A stretch of DNA of 64,000 nt from Octopus sinensis (taxonomy: Eukaryota), in the NCBI RefSeq assembly GCF_006345805.1, contig NC_043013.1:54312001-54376000 (forward strand), given 5' to 3'. Position numbers and translations under genes: made by a program. The number at the start of each line of letters is the position of its first letter. Position 1 is the stretch's first letter. The notes beneath the pieces were generated by a model, which made no database searches, was not told the origin of the DNA, and saw only the letters and a list, made by a program, of their open reading frames with translations. This document shows positions 1 through 11,469 of this stretch, one piece after another.

Positions 1-470
1 ACTTGTCTGATTTGGCATTGTTTTTAGAGTGTGCTGGGTGCTTTCAAGGGCACCTCATGCGTGCTTTTACATGGCACAGCATGAATGCTTTTATGCAGCA
101 CTGCATGGGCAATTTTATGTGACACTGCCATGAGTATTTTTCTCCACCAGAGGGACCAGTCTTAATGCTTCTGCTGCAGAGTACTGGCCTTCTTGAGTAC
201 AGCAAGGTGCCAGACATCTTAGTCCTTTATCATCTCGCCTGAAAGGTTCAGTATCCTGAGGTTGTTCTTCAGTATTTCATCCCATGTCTTCCTGAGTCTT
301 TCACTTCCACATGTTCCATCTACTTTGAGAGATTGGCACTTCGTTATGGCACTGTCGGCATCCATCTGTATTACCTGACCAAACCAGTACAGTCTTCTCT
401 CTTGCACACAGCAACCAATTCCTCTTATGCCTAACTTCTCTCTCAAAATACTGAACAAAGACAGACGAAA
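1..470 (-). mobile_element. RTE-clade LINE, ORF C-terminus plus 3' UTR (5'-truncated)
   Basis: LREKLGIRGIGCCVQERRLYWFGQVIQMD...KVDGTCGSERLRKTWDE matches the RTE C-terminal motif (RRLRWFGHV...GRPRKTW); 3' part resembles tail family E. Confidence 0.85.
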
Positions 471-477
471 TGCCAAC

Positions 478-724
478 AAGCATTTCACCTGGTGTGCTAA
501 TGATTCTGCCAGTTTTCTACCTTAATAATAACAATCTGAAATTTTGTGGAAGCGGACTAGTCGATTACATCAACCCCAGTATTTCACTGGTATTTAGTTC
601 ATCGACCCCAAAAGGATGAAAGACAAAGTCAACCTCGACTGGATTTGAACTCAGAACGTAAGGATGGATAAAATGCCATGAAGCATTTTGCCCAGCATGC
701 TAACAAATCTGCCAGCTTGCTGCC

Positions 725-755
<31 letters not shown>

Positions 756-963
756 TCTCAAATTTTACCTCAAGGGCAGCCATTTTGTGGGAGGGATTAA
801 GTTGATTACATTGTCCCCAGTGTTTCACTGGTACTTAATTTATTGACCCCAAAAGGATGAATGGCAAAGTGGACCTCAGTGGAATTTGAACTCAAAATGT
901 AGTGGCAGATGAAATATTGCTAAGCATTTCACCTGGTGTGCTAACGATTCTGCAAGCTCACTA

Positions 964-966
<3 letters not shown>
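478..966 (-). mobile_element. Cluster of SINE family A copies (head fragment plus two copies)
   Basis: Repeated gaccccaaaaggatgaa...gaatttgaactca...gctaac..ttctgccagc; reverse strand has Pol III A/B boxes (GAGTTCAAAT). Confidence 0.85.
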
Positions 967-967
<1 letters not shown>

Positions 968-1019
<52 letters not shown>

Positions 1020-1038
1020 TAATAATAATAATAATAAT
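968..1038. repeat. (AAT)n microsatellite
   Basis: Directly visible. Confidence 0.98.
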
Positions 1039-1854
1039 TCTTTGCATAGTTTTTTAAAAAAATAATTTCAATGTTTCTACAGTTGCATAATAGGTAGATG
1101 TCAATGATCAACCAATTATCTCCTGCTTCCATCTCGTAAGTTTATTTTGAAAGATGTAAATTAAATGTGAAAATAGAAATATTAAGTAGTAAATTATTAA
1201 TGTCATTCAAAATAGAAACACTTACGTAAACACAAAAAGGTGTTTTAGAAAGTAACATTAACTCACAGATCCATTATGGTAAACTATAATTCTGTAATGT
1301 AATATTTTTGACAACCACATATTTTACTTAAGTCTATTTATTTCTCTGTTAAAAAATAGCAGCTGTGTCTTTAATATTTGAAATGAAAAACAAATAACAG
1401 ACATCCATTCTTCATGCAAATAGAGATAAGATATTCATAGATTTATGGAATGTATTACTATATAATTCTTTTATTTATACTAAATATGGAAATAGTAAAC
1501 ATTTCAAAGTTTTTTCTTTTGTTTTCCTAAAGTGTGGTGAATTAGAGACTCTTTTGTCTAAACTTGTAAATTCACAACTCATTAACCACAGCAAGGTAAG
1601 ACTCATAACTAATTAGTGAAGTTTCTAACAATTTTTAAAATTAAAAAAAAAAATTTAATTAAGTGTAATTTTTACCAATTAAGTAAATCACCAAGTTGTC
1701 AATATTTAATAAATCTTTTTGATTATTTCTAATTTTGATGTTTAATTTTAATCATTTTAGGACAGTTTCTGAGATGTCTCATTATTTTTCTCAAAACTAT
1801 TGATGCCATAACTATTGAAGACTTGAGAAATAGCATGTAACATCTCACCAAAAC

Positions 1855-2008
1855 TGTCTATCAAAATGCTGGAGTGGGTTGGATGGTTTGACCAGAGCTG
1901 GCTAGACACAGGACTACACCAGGCTTCACTGTCAGTTTTGGCAAGATTTTTGCAGCTGAATGCCCTTCCTAATACTAGCTACCTTATACAGCAGACTGAG
2001 TGCTTTTT
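1855..2008 (-). mobile_element. RTE 3' tail family E fragment
   Basis: gggttggatggtttgacc...gctgaatgcccttcctaat shared with other E copies. Confidence 0.75.
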
Positions 2009-2120
2009 ATTATTATTATTATTATTACTATTATTATTATTATTATTATTATTACTATTATTATTATTATTATTATTATTACTATTATTATTATTATTAT
2101 TATATGAGGATGATGATGAT
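2008..2120. repeat. (TAT)n with CTA interruptions followed by (GAT)n
   Basis: Directly visible. Confidence 0.95.
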
Positions 2121-2655
2121 GCTCTGATGCAGTACCAGGCAGTGATTCTCATGGTTTCCGATCTCAGCTGATAGGAAGTATTATCATATACATTGTATTG
2201 TCTTGGTATAAAAGATGGGCTACAGCAAATATTTTGCTCAATACCACAGATTTGCTTGTCAGTTCCTTGACTGTAACCAGTTGAACATGTCCTCTGATCA
2301 TGAGCAGAAGTAGTGGGGGAGCATCGTAGCTATATGTTGAGAGGAATTCTTTGGGATTTGGATAATTCACCTTTGGAAACATGGCTTTTTGTTCAACATC
2401 CTTAAACAACCCTTATTCAGGGACCTTTTGTTGGGCTACTTGACCTGAAGAAAATTCTAACTGGACCCCACCTGCAAGGTCATGTGCAGTTTATCTTGAT
2501 ATGTGATCACTATGTCGCACACATATGGTTGTGATCCATGTGCCTTGTGTACCCTTATCAGATGGGTGGTCATGATGGGTATACTGAGCTTCGTATGTCT
2601 TACCTTAGTGTCACTTTGATGGCATGCACTGCTCTCCCAATAATAATAATAATAA
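2121..2655 (+). mobile_element. Interspersed repeat D (about 520 bp, (AAT)n tail)
   Basis: Homologous to 29021-29740 (minus) and 34542-34878 (plus): cttaaacaacccttattcagggacc, gaagaaaattctaactgg, gatgggtagtcatgatgggtata. Confidence 0.85.
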
Positions 2656-3090
2656 TGCTTTCTGCTATAGGCACAAGACCTAAAATTTTGGGGGAAGGGA
2701 CTAGTCAGTTACATCAACCCCAGTGTTTCACTGGTACTTAATTTATCGACCCTAAAAGGATGAAAGACAAAGTCAACCCAAGTGGAATTTGAACTCAAAA
2801 TATAAAGACAGGTGAAGCAGTTTGTCTGACATGTGGAGGCGCAATGGCCTAGTGGTTAGGGCAGCGGACTTGCGGTCGGAGGATCGCGGTTTCGATTCCC
2901 AGACCGGGCGTTGTGTGTGTTTATTGAGCGAAAACACCTAAAAGCTCCACGCGGCTCCGGCAGGAGGTGGTGATCCCTGCTGTACCCTTTCACCACTCTA
3001 AAGGCGGTGCTCCAGCATGGCCGCAGTCAAATGACTGAAACAAGTACAAAAAAAAAAAAAAAAAAATATTAACAATTCTGTCAGTTAGCC
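2656..3090 (-). mobile_element. SINE family A copy split by a nested SINE
   Basis: A consensus runs to ...agcagtttgtctgacatg (2833) and resumes as tattaacaattctgtcag (3067). Confidence 0.8.
2834..3066 (+). mobile_element. Young chimeric SINE: family C (tRNA-Arg-like, OR1-like) head and body with family B tail and poly(A)
   Basis: A box TGGCCTAGTGG, B box GGTTTCGATTCC; 2834-2999 matches 51778-51608; 3000-3046 matches B tail (22653-22695); A19 tail; CpG-rich. Confidence 0.88.
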
Positions 3091-3461
3091 ATAATAATAA
3101 TGATGGTGGTGATGATGATGATGAAGTTCCCGCATAACTTAGTACAGTTTATAGACTAATTTCCTTACTTTGCATGTCACACCTACATTTGTAATTAATC
3201 ATGGACCACCACACCACAACCTGAAGATTCAAGATTTTTCTTGGGAAATTACTGCAGCGGTTTCCCATTTCCTTCCACTGGTTTATTTACATTTTCTTTT
3301 TCTCTTGAGGTTACATTTGTTGCATAAGACCTGTTCAATTCTAAGTTGGGGAGACTAGATCATGTGACTGATTTGGAGCACATCCACATTTCAGTGAGCT
3401 GGGGTCTCGGAAAGCAGTCTGCCTGTATGCTATAACCAGAGGACCTTCATTTACTTCAATA

Positions 3462-3698
3462 TATATATTTCTTTATTGCCCACAAGGGGCTAAACACAGA
3501 GGGGGAAAACAAGGACAGACAAAGGGATTAAGTCGATTACATCGACCCCAGTGCATAACTGGTACTTTATTTATCGATTCCGAAAGGATGAAAGGCAAAG
3601 TCGACCTCGGCGGAATTTGAACTCAGAACATAACGGCAGATGAAATACCGCTAAGCACTTCGCCCGAAATGCTAACGTTTCTACCAGCTCGCTGCCCT
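3462..3698 (-). mobile_element. Full-length SINE family A with 19-bp TSD
   Basis: ACCTTCATTTACTTCAATA at 3443-3461 and 3699-3717. Confidence 0.95.
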
Positions 3699-4959
3699 AC
3701 CTTCATTTACTTCAATAAATTGTTGCCATAGATATCACAGCAAATATTTTAGATACAGAATTCAAGAACAGTGTCTTCCCCCATGAGAAAATCAGTAAAT
3801 TGGTATAATATCAGTACTCAGCTTCATAGAAGAGAGTTTTGGAGGTATTCCAGTAAGATAACACCTGGGTAAGTTTACACATTTACGAAGACACTTTGTC
3901 TTGCACTGTGCATTGGTGGTAACATTAGGATGACCGTTGTTTAACTGTTTCCTGTCACCAAATGCAAAGGTTTGGTAAAGAATGTAAACAAATTGTAGAC
4001 ATGTGGATGTTGTCACAGGAAAACATTTATTTACAAATGTTGCGATATTGATTTTTCTTTACCTTCTGAATTTCTATCGATTCATGCTTTAATGTGCTGG
4101 GCAGTGCATGTGTATGTATGTGTGTGTGTGTGAGAATAATTCACATTGGTTATAGTTGCATTGTGTTGTGAAAGATAGACTTGCTAGTCAGTAATAGTGG
4201 TGACTTTCACCTTTTGTTTCATCTGCTGCCATGTTGAAGTGGTGATGGTGATGGTGCTGGAGGTAGATTTAAGCCTAGTGTTAAAGAAACCAGGGCCGTC
4301 TGTTGGTGTGTCTCAGTTGAAAACCAGAGCTTGATTCCTCACCTCTTGGCATTGTTTTATATATTTTTAGCCAGCAGAATGAATTATGACAGTAAGGTCA
4401 AGAAGGTCAAACTGACACTTCCCTGACCCATCGAAAAAGGTCAGAAGATATATAAAAGAAAACAGCATCCAAGAAACACAATTGAAATAAATATAAAATG
4501 GTGAAAATGCTAAGACCTGCTGAGAATGACTCTAAAGGGAAGTGGATCAAATCTGAGCTAAAGATTGATTAGCAGGTTTTAATTATTGGCTACACTTATA
4601 CAGATAAGATCATCCCTTGTTTTAGAAATATATTTTCAATATCACCATATCTTTGGATATATGTTATATTTAAAGGTTGAAGAATTATATTTAAATACAT
4701 TTAAAGGTTGGGATTCAGATGAGATTTTTGGTGTGTTGCACGACAGAGGTTGATAAACCAAGATACCTCTTTATAAGAAATGTCTAGCTGTATATACCAT
4801 GATACTCCTTTATATCAAATGTCTAAATGATGTTGGTATATTAGATTCTTCATTCAAACAGATGTTTGAAGGTTTGAAGTTATTGTTTGTATAATTATTC
4901 TAAACACAATAAATATATTGACAATACTGGTTTACAATTCTAATAAACAGTTACCAATT

Positions 4960-5600
4960 GTAAGAGAGAGTCTGATAACTATTTAAACCATGCTAATGGT
5001 TAAGAAACAGGCAGGGTTAATACAGTTTAACCCAATTCTGTTTATGGATGACACTAAGCTTGAGTGAAACCAAAATTCTTTGAATTATGTGTCATCAATG
5101 ACATCATCAAAGAAAAAGATCAACATTTGAAGATTGCTCAATTGAATACTGAAGTCAGTTGTTGAAAATAAAACCTAACAAAAGACTTGTTTTCGCATAA
5201 AAACTCTAGAATCAAAGATGATCCCACAAGTACTTATAAAAATTGATTTTCATTAATAAAACTGTGTTCAACATAAGGCCAATTATTCTTTAAGAATTTT
5301 GTCTAAATCATCTGTCTCAGACTTAATGAAACTTGTAATGGCACCTTCAGAGCAAGCTATTGCTTTTGGGTCATTGGTAAAGACACATTATAGTACCAAA
5401 ATATTTTACACTAGAAATAACGTTTATCCCCAATCAAGTAACTGGGATAAGCTTTCAGCAGTTGTAGATCCTCACACCTTTCTAGGTCCTGTTTTGAATA
5501 TAGACAGAAATATTTTAATTATGGTAAAGTCTGTCCATAAAATGGATATTAAGAGTGTGAGCTGTAAGCATTTTAATTTTTGACAATAGTTCAAAACTGG
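4960..5600 (+). pseudogene. Highly decayed non-LTR reverse transcriptase remnant, possibly Dong/R4-like
   Basis: QFNPILFMDDTKL (FMDD at 5041-5052) resembles NHLLFMDDLKL; later RILSKS and YPQSSNWDKL loosely resemble RKILKS and HPKSDVDRL. Many stops and frameshifts. Confidence 0.4.
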
Positions 5601-6573
5601 AGAAGAGTCGACATGACAACAGTTTAGCATGATGCTAGAGATAAAATCAGTTCCATTTTGTTATGGTTAACATTTGAATGATAGGTGCACATATTCTAAG
5701 TCATATATTATGTTTCTGTTTCCCACCAATAACAGTTAATAATGGTAAAATTTCAGTGTCAGATACAGCTAAAACTAAAATTTTATTCTGCTAGATTTGA
5801 TTTTATTGCAAAACGAGGAAGAAATGATTGTCATGAAATTGAAGTAATGCAAATTAAAAATTCCATGTTCATAGAAAAGTGTCAACATAACATCCGTAAT
5901 TGCTTGTGGTACAAAAGAAGCTAGTAAATAATTAATATTATACGCTAACTAGAGAAGAAAAAAAGATGTAAATTAACAAAGTATGCTAATTACATATGAC
6001 ATTTTAATGACAAGATCAGGCTTTTTCTCATCTAATTTCTCAATGTTCACTGATATTCAAAGGAGCAAATATTTTTGTTTTTCATCAGCAAGTTTTGCAC
6101 AATTATACTAGCAATATTTTTAATTGTAGCATCATTCCCCAACATTGTGAACAAAGGGTATCTATCGGGTGACACCCACATCTCTGTAGCAATCCCCAAA
6201 ATAAGTGGAAGAACCAAGAAAATGCAGTCACTGCTTGACTGAAAAGAGCTAATCTAACTAAATGCATTGGTCATGCAACATCCATAGATTTACAAGGAAT
6301 AAGTATTTCAAAGGATAGCATCACAGCATCATAAGTCAAGGTTCAACTGATTGGTGTTTGTAAACTGAAAAAATAAACTTAAGGATATTTGAGTTGACTA
6401 ACTATTATCAGCAGAGTATGTCAAAATTATTTTTTATAGCAAAAGAAAAAAAGGGAAAAAAGCGTATCTTTAGTTGGGGAATGTATTGAGAATAAGTCTT
6501 TAAATGGACGTTTTACACAATGTTTTGAGAAGATTCTCTACTGTTGATGCTTCTGAATTTTCTGTGGAAGAAA

Positions 6574-6767
6574 GATTCTTTTCTACTCTAGGCACAGAGC
6601 CCAAAATTTTTGGGGAGAGGACCAGTCGATTAAATAAACCCCAGTATGCAACTGGTACTTAATTTATCGACCCTTAAAGGATGAAAGACAAAGACGATCT
6701 CAGCAGAATTTGAACCCAGAATGTTAAGACATGAAATACCGCTAAGCATTTCGCCTGGCATGCCACC
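6574..6767 (-). mobile_element. SINE family A with 14-bp TSD
   Basis: TTCTGTGGAAGAAA at 6560-6573 and 6768-6781. Confidence 0.92.
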
Positions 6768-7554
6768 TTCTGTGGAAGAAATATTGTCTCAAAATGATGA
6801 AAGTTGAGAACAAATGTTAGTCATCCCTTTGATGGTGCCAAGAGAAACTGGAGCAATAATGAGTGTGAAGACTGTGTGATGGAGTGGAGTGTTGAAGGGT
6901 TGAAACATTTTGCTTTATTTTTTTATTAGTGAAATTTTTCACATTACAAACTGACGATCAGCTGTTGTAATTGATTTTTTTTTTTAAAAGTTTATTGATG
7001 TATCCAGGTAAGTTTGTCAACAGATGGCTGCTGGGTGGGGCTTCATATCACAGTCATGTCTTCTTTTCCCTTTATGCATATGATTTACTGTAGTCAGATG
7101 ATCTTCCTGCTGCAAACCCACACCACTTTCCTAGCAAAGTAATATTTCTCCAAAGTCAGACATGTTTTTTTTGTCTAAGACTGAAAATGAACAATATGTT
7201 TTTTTTATGACAAAGACACACCCACACTCACACACACATGACAAGCTTCCTTCAGTTTCCATCTACCAAATGCTCTCACAAATCTTTTGCTGGTCTGCGA
7301 CTATAATAAAAGACTCTTACCCCAGCTGCTGTGCCATGAAACTGATCTGAAAACCACATGGTTGGGAAGCAGGTTTCGTAACCTCACAACCATTCCTACA
7401 GCTTTGTGAGTTCAAAACTGTTGGCATCCTTTCAGTAAATTAACGGTCTTGTTGACTAAAGTTTTATTCCTATCAGTCATTTGGATAATACTGGTGGACC
7501 CTGATGCTCAGTTATAGGAGATGTATGAAGATTTGAACTTACTGTTATATATAC

Positions 7555-7949
7555 ACTAGCAGTATCGCCTGGCATTTCTCGGGTTTATTTCAACCCTTTA
7601 GAATTAGAATTTTTGAAAAGTAAAAGTTTTGCATTATGTAGCTTGTTATTCTCTTTAAGTGAACATTTTTCTGGTTGAAATACACCGAAAAATGGCGACA
7701 CAGCAGTAAAAAAATCGTAAAAAATAGGGATTTTCAGAGAAAAAAAGCACCTTTTCTTATGTAAATAAATTTGGTGTTAATATGGTCCGATTTGAATTTT
7801 TTCTTCTACATAAGGAAGAGCAAGCCTTCTCCTATCATACTCTCAATTTTGGTTAACTTGCGCTGTAGAGTCTCGGAGGAGATAGTGTTAGTTGAAGGCT
7901 ACCAAACCTGCCACACACAGACAACTTCAGCCTTATATATAGAGAGATT
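7555..7949 (+). mobile_element. Non-autonomous Helitron/Helentron-type element (HINE/Lep1-like)
   Basis: 5' ACTAGC with subterminal hairpin remnant gcctggcatttctcggg; 3' ctcggaggagatag...acacacagacaacttcagccttatatatagagagatt; no TSD seen. Class assigned by recalled end structure. Confidence 0.55.
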
Positions 7950-7969
7950 ATAACAATGATGACCTTTTA

Positions 7970-8270
7970 TGTAGTTGAACAACCAATTCTAACAAGATAG
8001 GGTTTGTAGAACGGGTTGTAAATTCATCCTTTCAAACCACTAAGTACAAATCGTGGCTCATGAGACTTACATTCGAGGGATTTTCTTGAGTCACAATCTC
8101 ACCTTTCTTTGCTTAGGTGTCACAAGGTTACCACCTATTTACAGCTGAGTGGACTGAGCATCATGAAATGAAGTGTTTTGCTCAAGAACACAATGCATAG
8201 CTGGTCTGGGAATTGAAACCATAATGTCATGATCTTGAGTGCAGCACCCTAGCGTATTGACCACATGTTA
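7970..8270 (-). mobile_element. CORE-type SINE family F (decayed)
   Basis: Minus strand B box ggtttcaattccc followed by CORE-like tgtgttcttgagcaaaacacttcatttcatg...ccactcagctg. Confidence 0.7.
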
Positions 8271-8479
8271 TATAATAGCACATATCAATATATATTCTGC
8301 TTAATTTTCTTAAAATGCTTCTTTTGTTTAAAATTACTGAATAGATTTTGTTAAAGTTTTACAATGTTTAGAAAATCCAAGTTATGCAAAAATATTTTAC
8401 CATTTTCCAAAGTTCTATTAAAATTAAAGAAGAATAATAAAATAATAACCTGAATATTAGAATATTTCATATGCAAGTC

Positions 8480-9000
8480 ATTGGGTGAATATATCTGAAA
8501 GTTCTTGGACCAATGAACCAAAACATCATTTTGGGGGAATAAAATACACCGCTTGAATTGGAAGAGATATTAAAAGAGCATCAAGTGGAGATAAATAGCC
8601 TTCAAAAACAGTGACTTCATTAAGGCTTCAGACAACGAAGAAAATATGCAGGTGAGAATTTAATTAAAAAGAGATCAATAATTGAACTGCACTCGAAAGT
8701 ACCATCATCGGTTTAATTCAATACTTTATAGATTGTATTAAGTTCAATACTTTTTAGATTGTGTTGAGTCATAGCTTAAACATATTGTATGTTATGCAAA
8801 GAAGAGAAGCGGGGAGAAAGAATATTTGAAAAGATCAACGATCCATGAAAAGCGAAGCACATTATACAAGAGTAACGTTTGAAGTAGTTGCATAATAAAA
8901 TGGTAGTGAATGGTTGAGGAGTGAAGTGAAGCGTAAAATATAAACTAATGAAACTATGAAATAATTCCCGAGAGCAACAGATTGAAAAACAACAATTATT
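8480..9000 (+). pseudogene. Decayed LINE apurinic endonuclease-region remnant
   Basis: NIILGE*NTP resembles IILGDFN; KRSIIEL resembles RSIIDY; WLRSEVKRKI resembles the post-endonuclease W motif. Heavily mutated. Confidence 0.35.
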
Positions 9001-9230
9001 TCACTGATTCTGCTGAAATGGAAGAAACCATTTGTCAGTGACCACGTGGTTGAACTTTTGATATTGCAATTAAGTTTTCTTTCAGCCAGACAAAGGGTCA
9101 TGAAAAGTGGGCAAAGCAATTATATTTTAATCTGTGAATAGGGGTTTTATTATCTAAAAGGAGCAGTTATTACACGTGCACATGCATGTGCACGTATGCA
9201 CAAACAATAGGGCCAGGTTTTGCAAAATAT

Positions 9231-9438
9231 CGATTTCAAATTTTGGCTTAAGGCCAGCAAGTTTGGGAGAGGGGTTAACTTGATAATATTGACCCCCAGG
9301 GATCAGATGTTGCTTATTTTATTTCTCCCACCCCCATAAGGATAAAAGATAAAGTTGATTTGGCGGAATTTGAACTCAGGATGTAAAGACAGACAAAATA
9401 CTGCCAAGCATGCTAATGATTCTGCCAGCTTGTCTTAT
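9231..9438 (-). mobile_element. SINE family A (tail type 3) with 14-bp TSD
   Basis: GTTTTGCAAAATAT at 9217-9230 and 9439-9452. Confidence 0.88.
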
Positions 9439-10989
9439 GTTTTGCAAAATATTGGATCAAATTAAATGAAAGAACTTATATATTAGCCATGGGAATAAAA
9501 AAATATTAAAGTGCATTATAACATGAGAAATAAAAACAAAATCTTTGATGTCAAATACAATGCAGATATCTTAAAAGACTATCTCACATTGCTTTGAAGA
9601 ATTTTACAGCTAAAGAATTAGTTCCCAGTTTTATGCCATATTTATTATTTTGGTTCCTTGTGGTTGCTTTAGACCCATTCTGTTAGTTGATGTAAGCTGT
9701 TATTTTTTGAAACAATTAATTTTCAAACAGCCAAATATACTGTTTCATCCATGGAGCTCTTAGCTGTAAAATATGAGCAAGGGAAAAAATGATGGAGTAA
9801 GAAGAGTCATGAATCTAACTGAATGTTCCAGAACAGTGAGTCCAGTAATAAAATCCGATAATCCAGTATCTTCATTTCACTGTTGTTGTGCTTCTCCTTC
9901 AGTTTAATCATTTGTTCATTTGGATATTTGCTTCCACTGCAGAGATCTGCATTCGTGGTCAGCTTCAGCTGAGCTTGGGCTTATTCATTTCTGCAACTGT
10001 CTTTTGTTTTTTTTAAAGCTTGCATGGGTTAGGTGAGTATATTTTTGAGGTATTATTTTATATTTGGATATCGTTCCCGTTGCTAATCATTATGTTTTTA
10101 CTCAAAGACAAAGGGTAATTTGTTGAGAGTGCAAGTGACATCAGTACCAATTCAGTGGATCTCAACGAATTTTGGAGAAGTGCAAATGTAAGCAAACACA
10201 CAGTCATGCGCATGTGTGCATATGTACACATACACACTCACACACACACACACACACACACACAATACATAAAGGGCTTCTTTCAGAATTCCTTCACTCC
10301 CAAGGATGTGGTTGGCCTGGAAGCTTTTGTAGAAGACTCTTGCTCAAGGTGTCACACTTTTACAAGGAGTTAATCAATTTAGCATTTACTAAACCTTAAA
10401 TAGTGGTAGACTTTTGAATGTGATACCTTAATAGATATAACTAATCCCTAGCCCCAATTTCTCTGTTACTCAAGTAATTCTGGTATCCACCATTCTTATT
10501 TTAATGAAAAAGAATAAAATCCATATTCCAAATCCTACTTCTGTTTTGGCTGACCTTGAGTTTCTGCACCTGGAAAATTCCCCTTGAAGATGCAGTTCCA
10601 CACAAGAAGACTAGCAGTTGTTCATTCATGCATGTCTCCTAATTCATGTCTTAAAATCCAAAGGAAAGGCAAAGCCAATACTTTTGGCACCAGTATTGGT
10701 GCAGATCTTGCTATCAGAATGCAAAGACTGGGAATGGATGCCACAAAGCATTATGTCCAATATATGAATAATTGCTTTAGATTGACAAAATTGTTACTGT
10801 ATCAGACTTAATGCATTGACCCTGAAAGGATGAACAGCAAAATGACATCAGCTGGATTTGATCTCAGAATGCACAGCATCAGAACATGGTATTTTAATTA
10901 GTTGGCTAATTTTCGATTATCTTAAGTTGCAAACTAATGTTTGAGTATTTCATGTGAGGTATTTCCACATAGACCCATGGATAGTTGTA

Positions 10990-11150
10990 TTATAGGCACA
11001 AGTGTTTGGTTTAAAATGTCCACATCACAACCTCGTGGTTTCTGGCTTAGTCCTACTGTTCAGCACCTGGGTACTTTGATCAAGTGATTTTGTCTATAAC
11101 TCCAGGTTGACCAAAGCCTTGTCAGAAAATGTGTGGAAGCCCAGTATGTG
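10990..11150 (+). mobile_element. SINE family B 5' part (decayed)
   Basis: ggcacaagtgtttggtt...gaccaaagccttgt matches B head and CORE region. Confidence 0.6.
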
Positions 11151-11401
11151 TGCATATGCATGATGGCAATGGAAATTGCCAAAACTGACATATCAGTCTT
11201 AAGAATTCTTGGTCAGTATTTTTTGGATAACTATGGTCCCTGTCAGTGTACATGTTTTCATTCATGTGTGTTAACTATTGCATTAGAGCATTTTAGCTCT
11301 CATTTCTAGCAATATAGGTGGTTTTTAACACCCTAGTCACATTTAGTGACAATTATAATTCTCCATTTTGGTGCAGCATTGCAACTTGCTGTTTACATTA
11401 A

Positions 11402-11466
<65 letters not shown>

Positions 11467-11469
11467 TTA

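Noticed and set aside
2834-2910. tRNA-like sequences (also 51705-51778 and family A/B heads) as tRNA genes
   Set aside because: A and B boxes are present but acceptor and anticodon stems do not pair, and they continue into SINE bodies.
3230-3290. Minus-strand PVEGNGKPLQ resembling a TSR loop
   Set aside because: Followed by a stop, no cysteines or splice signals.
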